Assembly (NCBI GenBank): GCA_963933215.1
Contig: CAWVSB010000004.1
Coordinates: 11,887-75,886 of the forward strand
DNA: 64,000 bases
From: an uncultured Cellvibrionales bacterium
GTDB taxonomy: Bacteria > Pseudomonadota > Gammaproteobacteria > Pseudomonadales > CAWVSB01
Direction: 5' to 3'
The notes beneath the pieces are model-generated. The model saw nothing but the letters and a program-made list of their open reading frames with translations, was not told the DNA's origin and did not search any database. Numbering within the stretch: position 1 is the first letter of the stretch; every line of letters begins with the position of its first letter. Position numbers and translations under genes: made by a program. Shown one piece after another: positions 57,338-64,000 of this stretch.

Positions 57338-59647
57338 TTAGAAACTGTATCTTACCCGAGCCGTGTACTGACGCGGCGGTACGAACTGAAGACCGGTTTC
57401 ATTAACACCGAAAACGTCAGTCATTGATGAGTTTATTCCGTCTTCGTCAAACACATTTAAGGCCATCAGATCGACACCCCATACTGCGCTTTGAGAGTCA
57501 TACGACAGCCGCAAATTAACGATGTCATAAGAAGGAACATCATCTACTTCTGGGTTGTTGAATACTCGTTGCTCAAACTGACCGCGATAGGTGTATTGCA
57601 CACTGGCACCAACAAATCCACCAGCATCCAATTGATCATCGTAAGATAAGGTTATGTCGCCGGTCACACCGGGTGTTTTGGCTAGCTCATTGCCATTCAG
57701 ATTTTGCAGAAATCCTCCCACATCACGCGTAGGACCATGAATTTCCTCTTTAGCAGGGGTAACACCGTCTGCCAAAAATACATCTTCAATTAGCAGGCGG
57801 TTATCAAGGGCCAAAAAGTCTTCAGATACTTCAGATTCAGAGAAACCAAGCTTCGCATCAAGGGTAAACTTGTCACCGATCAATGCGGTAAACTCTACTT
57901 CTAGGCCATAAATTTCAGATGATGGAATGTTCGCTACACCACTACCAAATTCGTTAAAATCCGTCGCCTGAAATTGCAGATTAGTGTAGTCATAATAGAA
58001 TGCTGCTACGTTAGCTCTAATTCTACGATCCATAAATTCGGACTTAAAGCCGATCTCGTAGGCATCGATAGTTTCGTCTTCGAAGTCGGAGCGCACCAGC
58101 GCATCTTCTGCAACGGCGAAGGTCAAATTAGTGCCGCCAGGCTTCAGGCCGCGTGTGTATGAAGCATACATCAGCGTGTCATCACTAGTATCCCACTCCA
58201 CTGCAACTCTACCAGTAAGATCTTGGGTACTTGGGTTGATGAAATCTGGATCAGATGTGAAGAAGTTAGATACGGTACTTTCTACTTCGTCTTCGGTATA
58301 GCGCAGCCCAGTAATCAAACGCACTGTATCAGTCAAGGCAAAAGTGGTTTGGCCGTAAAATGACAACGACTCTCGCTGTGGGTTTGAGTCTGAGATAAAG
58401 CCTCGATCTCCTCCAAACACCTCAGGATTAGTTGGGGCATAGCCGTTAAGTTGACCATCGCGCCCCACATCGAGTTCTTCACGAATAGTGATCTCGATAT
58501 CAGTGTCTAGGTAAAACATACCAACGATCCAGTCCACTTTGCCCCACAGCGGTTCGATGGAAATAATATTGAATTCCTGAGTGTAGGTTTCTTGGATATT
58601 TTGCTCTGGTAAAAAAGCGGAAATCTGAATTTCAGGGTTAGTGAGAAAAGAATGGCGATCATTATCACGTAACACTGTAATGTCGTCTTTCTGGTAACTA
58701 GTTATAGACTTTATGACGGCAAAATCGGTTTCATATTCAACAGTCAGGCCGTATATCTCAGAATCTAGCTCATAAGATGATAGTGTGTCTTGCGATAAAT
58801 TACGGTTGCCAGGGGTTGGGTCTGAGATACCTTTGATGCCAGCTCCGTTTGACTCGCCAGTAAAATACTGGCCCAAAAAGCGAAAGCTAAGTCGATCGGT
58901 AGGCGCAAACAGCCAGTCAGTGCGGACGGACAGGTTATCCCTGTTATCCATATCCTCGCCCTGAATGTTTTCGAAAGGAGCGCTAACGCTTGGGCCGTTG
59001 TAAACATTATCTGTGTACCCGTCCTGCTGCAGTGAATTGACCGAGGTACGCATTGCTAGGGTGTCAGTAAATGGAACATTCACTGTTGCTCGGGCATTCA
59101 CTAGGTCATAGCTACCGACAGTTAAATCGGCTTTACCAGAAAATTCTTCAAAGTCGGGTTTGACGCTGATTACATTAATGGCGCCGCCAGTAGAGTTTTG
59201 GCCGAACAAAGTACCCTGCGGCCCACGCAATACTTCGATGCGCTCTACGTCAATAAAGTCAGTTTGTAGGGCGTAAGGTGAGGCGATATAAATGCCGTCC
59301 ATATGGTAAGACACAGATGGGTTGGCAGTTGCATTCTGATTAGCTTCGTTACCGACACCACGTATCGAGATAATAGTTTTAAAGCCCTCATTTTTTGCCA
59401 CTGTGACGCCGGGAGCGATAGCGCTAAGGTCGACAAATGACATAACATTTTTGTTGTCCATGTCATTTGCTGTAATCGCGGTCACTGCCTGGGATAAAGT
59501 CTGCAGGCTTTCGGAGCGTTTCTCAGCCGTTACCATTATCTCCTCGATTATTCTCTCGTCTGCATTGACTGACTGCACCGCCGCACTGGAAGCAGCGACT
59601 GCTATAGCTGCAGAGATGGCGCTGGTTAAATATTTTTTCTGAATCAT
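57338..59647 (-). CDS. TonB-dependent outer-membrane receptor
   Basis: Signal peptide MIQKKYLTSAISAAIAVAASSAAVQSVNA, plug-domain blocks (VTAEKRSESLQ, IEVLRGPQGTLFGQNSTGGAINV) and a C-terminal beta-barrel ending RYSF. ATG at 59647 is preceded by AGGGGAA. Confidence 0.9.
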   Translation of the reverse strand: MIQKKYLTSAISAAIAVAASSAAVQSVNADERIIEEIMVTAEKRSESLQTLSQAVTAITANDMDNKNVMSFVDLSAIAPGVTVAKNEGFKTIISIRGVGNEANQNATANPSVSYHMDGIYIASPYALQTDFIDVERIEVLRGPQGTLFGQNSTGGAINVISVKPDFEEFSGKADLTVGSYDLVNARATVNVPFTDTLAMRTSVNSLQQDGYTDNVYNGPSVSAPFENIQGEDMDNRDNLSVRTDWLFAPTDRLSFRFLGQYFTGESNGAGIKGISDPTPGNRNLSQDTLSSYELDSEIYGLTVEYETDFAVIKSITSYQKDDITVLRDNDRHSFLTNPEIQISAFLPEQNIQETYTQEFNIISIEPLWGKVDWIVGMFYLDTDIEITIREELDVGRDGQLNGYAPTNPEVFGGDRGFISDSNPQRESLSFYGQTTFALTDTVRLITGLRYTEDEVESTVSNFFTSDPDFINPSTQDLTGRVAVEWDTSDDTLMYASYTRGLKPGGTNLTFAVAEDALVRSDFEDETIDAYEIGFKSEFMDRRIRANVAAFYYDYTNLQFQATDFNEFGSGVANIPSSEIYGLEVEFTALIGDKFTLDAKLGFSESEVSEDFLALDNRLLIEDVFLADGVTPAKEEIHGPTRDVGGFLQNLNGNELAKTPGVTGDITLSYDDQLDAGGFVGASVQYTYRGQFEQRVFNNPEVDDVPSYDIVNLRLSYDSQSAVWGVDLMALNVFDEDGINSSMTDVFGVNETGLQFVPPRQYTARVRYSF

Positions 59648-59697
59648 GATGTTTCCCCTATAGAGCATTGTTGGTATTAAATATGGCTAATTAGTCA

Positions 59698-59723
59698 AAA
59701 TTGAATTTATCACTAAATTGAAT
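59698..59723. repeat. direct repeat AAATTGAAT x2 (possible promoter or operator element)
   Basis: Exact 9-mers at 59698-59706 and 59715-59723, located 50-75 nt upstream of the receptor start. Confidence 0.5.
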
Positions 59724-59868
59724 GAGCAATAATCGAGCCAACAATTACAATCTTTTATATAAAACTTGTAAGAAAGTATAACTTCTGCCCGATTCGGATG
59801 ATTACTGGATACATGCACTATGTTTTCCGTGATCTTTGCCACTACAGAAGTTTATCGGCCAGTTCATT

Positions 59869-59907
59869 TTTGATGCATTTTTTTATCTGTGCATTAATTT
59901 GATGCAT
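59869..59907. repeat. direct repeat TTTGATGCAT x2 (possible operator; core GATGCATC palindrome in second copy)
   Basis: Exact 10-mers at 59869-59878 and 59898-59907, with an extra TGCAT between them. They lie in the divergent receptor/deaminase control region. Confidence 0.5.
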
Positions 59908-60076
59908 CTTCTAGCAGGCGTGCCCAAATATCAATATAAGTTGCCGTTATTATTATTCTTCAAACAAACAAACAATCAAACAATACTGGCCGAACGGGCT
60001 CGCAACTGCTGGGGAAGTTGGGCTATGCTTGAGCGGTAAAAATAATTGGGCTTATCTACAAGGACTCAGACTAACG

Positions 60077-60703
60077 ATGAAAAGCGATGATAGTCGTGGG
60101 GCAGATTCACCTACTCGAAGACATTTTTTAGAACGGGCAGGCGCAACCGTTGCCGGGCTGGCACTGGTCGCACCACTTATGGCTAAAGAATCGTCGCAAG
60201 CTACAAATTTGCCACAGCCGCCAGGGCTTGACCCCACTGCGGCACAAATGATGAGTAATTTGCGTCGCGCTAATAAAGTAGCTGCGCGTGCCCTAGAGCA
60301 GGGTCATCACCCCTTTGGCGCTATTCTGGTGGCTGCCAATAATGAAACTGTATTGCTGGAACAGGGCAATATCAATGCGGTTAACCATGCTGAATCGACG
60401 TTAGCGCGCCGTGCTAGCGAGCAGTTCTCCGCAGCAGAGCTCTGGACGATGACTTTGTACAGTACCGCTGAACCCTGCGTGATGTGCGCCGGTACCCAGT
60501 ACTGGGCCAATATCGGGCGCCTCGTTTATGGAATGTCCGAGCGCCAATTATTGGACCTGACTGGCAGCAGCAGTGATAACCCGACTCTGGATGTGCCCAG
60601 TCGCTACGTATTTTCCCGTGGCCAAAAAGCGATTCGAGTATGGGGCCCGGTTGAGGGGGTTGTTGACGAGATTGCACAGCTACATAGGACGTTTTGGCAG
60701 TAG
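60077..60703 (+). CDS. CDA-fold zinc deaminase (nucleoside/guanine deaminase family) with twin-arginine signal peptide
   Basis: Tat motif SPTRRHFLERAGATVAGLALVAPLMA. Zinc-ligand motifs NHAES (HAE) and AEPCVMCAG (PCxxC). I prefer ATG at 60077 over the TTG at 60029. Confidence 0.75.
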   Translation: MKSDDSRGADSPTRRHFLERAGATVAGLALVAPLMAKESSQATNLPQPPGLDPTAAQMMSNLRRANKVAARALEQGHHPFGAILVAANNETVLLEQGNINAVNHAESTLARRASEQFSAAELWTMTLYSTAEPCVMCAGTQYWANIGRLVYGMSERQLLDLTGSSSDNPTLDVPSRYVFSRGQKAIRVWGPVEGVVDEIAQLHRTFWQ

Positions 60704-60772
60704 CTCAACTGCGCCCGAATATACCCTTGGCAAGTGCAGTACTACTAATCGAGGAGTTGTTGATAATGAGAC

Positions 60773-61342
60773 CTATGACTTAGGTAAATGCTCTTTTATA
60801 ATTTCGTATAATGCCGGTCGACTAGCGGCAACCTCAGCCACACTCAGACCTTCCAGTGAATGCGGATACTTGAGCCACTCTTCTGTTTCATAAAGGTAGT
60901 AATCAGGTATGCGCGCTGTTTTATTCCGAGTTGGTTTGAAGTAAGGCACCGCCACCCGCACCTCATGGGGCATATTAAGCCGTGTCTTTTCCTCTAAATG
61001 TTTGATCACGGCATCGATAGTGAGGCCCGTGTCAAATACATCATCGACAATCAACAAGCGGTCTTCGAGACGCGCATGTTTAACCAGATAGTTTATGCCA
61101 TGAATTCTTATGTCGGCCGAGCGGCCATCAATTCCCGAGTACGATGAAGTGCGAATGGCGATATGGTCAGTTTCGATGCCCGCGTAGGCTAATAATTCCT
61201 GCACCGCAATACCTATCGGCGTACCGCCGCGCCATAGTGCTATTATTATGGTCGGCCGAAACCCACTAGCTATAATCTCCGCTCCCATTTTAAAGGAGTC
61301 TTCGAGAAGCTGTTGTGCCGTAAGGTAAGTTTTTGTACTCAT
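60773..61342 (-). CDS. phosphoribosyltransferase, Gpt-like (purine PRT family), paralog 1
   Basis: PRPP-binding loop LLIVDDVFDTGLT, with WRGG and SSY blocks laid out as in xanthine-guanine PRT. Confidence 0.8.
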   Translation of the reverse strand: MSTKTYLTAQQLLEDSFKMGAEIIASGFRPTIIIALWRGGTPIGIAVQELLAYAGIETDHIAIRTSSYSGIDGRSADIRIHGINYLVKHARLEDRLLIVDDVFDTGLTIDAVIKHLEEKTRLNMPHEVRVAVPYFKPTRNKTARIPDYYLYETEEWLKYPHSLEGLSVAEVAASRPALYEIIKEHLPKS

Positions 61343-61453
61343 TATTTTTATACTATCTAACGCGGGTTTGGCCTTGATGTCTGGAAAAGAAGTTTCAAGC
61401 CGTAGTATAGTCTGCTCGCTCCCTTAATATCGAGCAACAATTGTGGATACCCT

Positions 61454-62041
61454 ATGAAAAAGCAGTTTGTGCAGGAAGAAGAGCTTCTAAATGACTCCTA
61501 TAAACTGGCGGTCAAAATATATGAGAGTGGCTTTCGTCCCGACTTTATCGTCGGTGTCTGGCGTGGTGGCTCTGCGGTCGGTATCTATGTGCAGGAATGT
61601 TTGCAATACCTTGGCGTTAACACCGATCATATTGCTATCAGGACATCTTATACTGGGATGGATAAATACTTGTTGCGCGTAGATCAGCCCGAAACGATCA
61701 GAGTACATGGCCTACAGTATCTTTTTGAAAATCTGAATCATGATGACTCTCTGCTGATTGTTGATGATGTATTTAGTTCTGGCCATAATATTGAAGCGAT
61801 CATTAATCGATTAGAGAGCAAGACCAAGCGCAATATGCCCTCTGATATAAGGGTTGCCGTACCGTTTTATAAGCCCACATATAAAAAGACTAGCCGCCAG
61901 CCTGATTACTATTTACATACCACTGATAATTGGCTGGTACTACCTTATGAGCTAACGGGCTTGAGCAAGCAAGAAATAGAAACACATAAACCATGGGTAA
62001 TACCCATTTTGGAACAAATGAAAGCCGGGCTCAGCAATTAG
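61454..62041 (+). CDS. phosphoribosyltransferase, Gpt-like (purine PRT family), paralog 2
   Basis: PRPP-binding loop LLIVDDVFSSGHN. Long identical blocks shared with the divergent neighbour (SGFRP, WRGG, TDHIAIRTS, LLIVDDVF, RVAVP, PDYYL). Confidence 0.8.
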   Translation: MKKQFVQEEELLNDSYKLAVKIYESGFRPDFIVGVWRGGSAVGIYVQECLQYLGVNTDHIAIRTSYTGMDKYLLRVDQPETIRVHGLQYLFENLNHDDSLLIVDDVFSSGHNIEAIINRLESKTKRNMPSDIRVAVPFYKPTYKKTSRQPDYYLHTTDNWLVLPYELTGLSKQEIETHKPWVIPILEQMKAGLSN

Positions 62042-62192
62042 CAGCCTGCCAGTTGGTATCGTCTTTCATACTACCAACTTACTTGTATTAACTCACATTT
62101 TGCTTGAGGGGGAGTTTAGTGATTAGGATATTTATCAAAGTGATAAGTACTAGCGTTATTGAACTTTATAACCAGCATCTTATTGTTATAAG

Positions 62193-63371
62193 TTAAATTT
62201 GGCTTATGGCGCTTGCTACGATTTGATTGCGGCCTTGTTTTTTCGCTTTATATAAATTCTCATCTGCATGTTTTAAAAAATTTGTAGTTTTTTCTGACGC
62301 TGCCGCCGTCGCTACCCCGATACTTAGACTCGGGGATGGATTGGCATAGTTAAAGTCACGTACTTTTGTGGAAAAATTATCATTTATTATTTCAGCGAAG
62401 GTGGCAGCTTTGCGAAGGTTAGCGTCTGGCATGAAAATCACAAATTCGTCGCCGCCGAAGCGTGCCGCAATACTATTATTTAATATATTTTTTCTTAAAA
62501 CCTCAGCCAATGTTTTTAGCACTAAATCGCCAGATTGATGGCCATGGATATCATTTATCGATTTAAGATAATCTAGGTCGATGATAAGCATTGAAACAGG
62601 TTGCTGGGTAAACTCTGGAAGCTGGTAGTAGTCATTAACTTTTTTATAAAAATAACGCCGATTAAGTAGCTGTGTTAACGGATCAATGTTGGCATTGTGA
62701 CGGATTTTTCGAATCAGTTTTTCATTACACATTAATATATAGCCAATAGGAAATATAACACCACTCAAAATAGCACTTCCAAACATCAGGTTATTGTAGG
62801 TATTTGCATTGTAAAAGTTGTGTGTGCCGTGCTCTATTGATGTTAAACCCGCTAGCCTTATGATAAATACAGTAGACAAACTGCATATGGCAATGCCGAA
62901 CCAGAGGCAGGTTGTGTTAAGTCGGGTTGCACTCTTGATCAGGGTTAGACCAAGTAAACCTAGTGCTATGCTAAAGCCAATGCTGGCGACAGCTATCCTG
63001 CCGCCAAGACTGTCATTAACGAATGTTAGCCAAATAAATAGGGCTATAAATATTATGCTAGACATAATTATAGCGGGCAGATAGAAATTGTCTCGTTTGA
63101 AATATATTTGAACGCCTATAAATGCAATAAAAAATGACACTAAAATGGTGGCGTTACCAGCTACTATCAGCACGCCAGATGATGAATCTTGTCGTAATAA
63201 AATTGTTAATGCAGCAACAGCAAGAAGTAATAGCGAAGCAGACCAGTAGCGTAATTCTTTATATGACGGGTATAAAAAAGCAAAGCATAGCAGACAACAA
63301 GATCCACCTGACATGGAGATAAGCATTGAAAATACTAGCGTTTTTACATCCACATCAGTCAACTTTGCCAA
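62193..63371 (-). CDS. diguanylate cyclase with polytopic N-terminal membrane domain
   Basis: About 6-7 TM helices followed by a GGDEF domain with ARFGGDEFVIF. The start is uncertain (TTG at 63371; in-frame GTG and ATG downstream). Confidence 0.85.
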   Translation of the reverse strand: MAKLTDVDVKTLVFSMLISMSGGSCCLLCFAFLYPSYKELRYWSASLLLLAVAALTILLRQDSSSGVLIVAGNATILVSFFIAFIGVQIYFKRDNFYLPAIIMSSIIFIALFIWLTFVNDSLGGRIAVASIGFSIALGLLGLTLIKSATRLNTTCLWFGIAICSLSTVFIIRLAGLTSIEHGTHNFYNANTYNNLMFGSAILSGVIFPIGYILMCNEKLIRKIRHNANIDPLTQLLNRRYFYKKVNDYYQLPEFTQQPVSMLIIDLDYLKSINDIHGHQSGDLVLKTLAEVLRKNILNNSIAARFGGDEFVIFMPDANLRKAATFAEIINDNFSTKVRDFNYANPSPSLSIGVATAAASEKTTNFLKHADENLYKAKKQGRNQIVASAISQI

Positions 63372-63661
63372 TTATTTTGGTAACTATAAAGCTGTTAGAT
63401 TAATGGCGGATTAATAGATAGGGCTAGTGCTACAGCGCATGGTCACTTTTTTTCAAGGGTTTCACTAAAGGGCTATACAGCCCAGCGGTAGGGAGGGACA
63501 CTTAATGAGCCTGTCAGGCTCATCTATTAAAATAAGGTTGCTGGTAAGCTTAACTGTAATTTTAGCCAATAGTATCGGCCTTGTTACCTCCATTATTGCC
63601 CCTTCGATAATCTCTGCCGTGACAGATTAACGGCAGTAAAGCGGGCGTTCGAAAATTCACC

Positions 63662-63934
63662 TTAGTTACTTTGGCCTTCAGTATTAATATCTGCGGCTGA
63701 CAACTGATTGTGACTGCCATCGCAATAGGGCGCGTTGTTAGTGTGTTTGCACCTACACATAGCACAACTTTCTTGCTCTGCCACAAATCCAATAGGTGTA
63801 ATCTCAGAGCCTTTATGCGAGCCGTCGCAAAAAGGCTGTGCGGCCGATTGCCCACACGCACAATAAAAGTACTTTTTACCAATTTCTAAATCTACTTTGA
63901 TAGGGCTTGCTGCTGCAACAATTGGTTTACTCAT
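63662..63934 (-). CDS. CDGSH iron-sulfur domain-containing protein (two CDGSH motifs)
   Basis: CACGQSAAQPFCDGSH and CRCKHTNNAPYCDGSH in 90 aa. Confidence 0.85.
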   Translation of the reverse strand: MSKPIVAAASPIKVDLEIGKKYFYCACGQSAAQPFCDGSHKGSEITPIGFVAEQESCAMCRCKHTNNAPYCDGSHNQLSAADINTEGQSN

Positions 63935-64000
63935 AGTATTCTCGCCGGGTTAAAATTTTTATTTACGATATTAACTTAAGCTAACGAGTTATATAAGTTA

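Noticed and set aside
59800-60076. GCCACT and GGGGAAG strings suggested a possible cobalamin riboswitch near the TonB-dependent receptor.
   Set aside because: They are on the wrong strand for the receptor, and the surrounding sequence lacks the rest of the B12-box and core helices. Most likely a chance match.
63562-63882. 106-aa minus-strand ORF overlapping the CDGSH gene in another frame.
   Set aside because: The overlapping 90-aa frame carries two perfect CDGSH motifs. The alternative frame has no recognisable features.
1-64000. Searched by eye for CRISPR arrays, tRNA/rRNA genes, IS or transposase genes, integrases, phage genes and known defence-system genes.
   Set aside because: I recognised none. 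The only tandem repeat is the 42-bp hexamer tract at 43297-43338. The helicase, deaminase, PRT and GGDEF genes all have housekeeping or metabolic contexts rather than defence-island contexts.

Overview
This is a 64-kb chromosomal segment with gammaproteobacterium-like gene content; I cannot verify the taxon. I call about 58 protein-coding genes and one frameshifted pseudogene. I recognised no rRNA, tRNA, CRISPR array, transposase, integrase or phage gene, so it does not look like a mobile or defence island.

The dominant feature is a tightly coupled 13-gene purine-catabolic operon on the minus strand (42096-57096). It encodes two nucleobase permeases, an 8-oxoguanine-deaminase-like amidohydrolase, xdhABC, allantoinase, allantoicase, OHCU decarboxylase, HIU hydrolase, ureidoglycolate lyase, guanine deaminase and the membrane cytochrome-c urate hydroxylase PuuD.

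My best candidate for something undescribed sits directly beside that operon at 57338-62041. It comprises a TonB-dependent receptor, a divergently transcribed cytidine-deaminase (CDA)-fold zinc deaminase with a twin-arginine export signal, and a divergent pair of Gpt-like phosphoribosyltransferase paralogs. This could be an envelope-level purine capture and conversion module. That reading is inference from gene context only.

Other items worth a second look:
- an adjacent acyl-CoA dehydrogenase pair, one member of which has Asp in place of the catalytic Glu and a truncated C-terminus
- a tandem-HxlR regulator with Cys-rich inserts, translationally coupled to a carotenoid oxygenase
- an exported sulfatase and DUF3604 pair
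- a hexanucleotide microsatellite filling the guaD-puuD spacer
- a START-domain gene broken by a 1-nt deletion
- a 558-bp ORF-free gap

The rest is ordinary housekeeping and metabolic content: moaB-moeA, a DEAD-box helicase, rbgA, cvfB, trhO, transporters, regulators and two GGDEF proteins. All functional calls rest on motif recognition in the supplied translations. No database search or computation was run.
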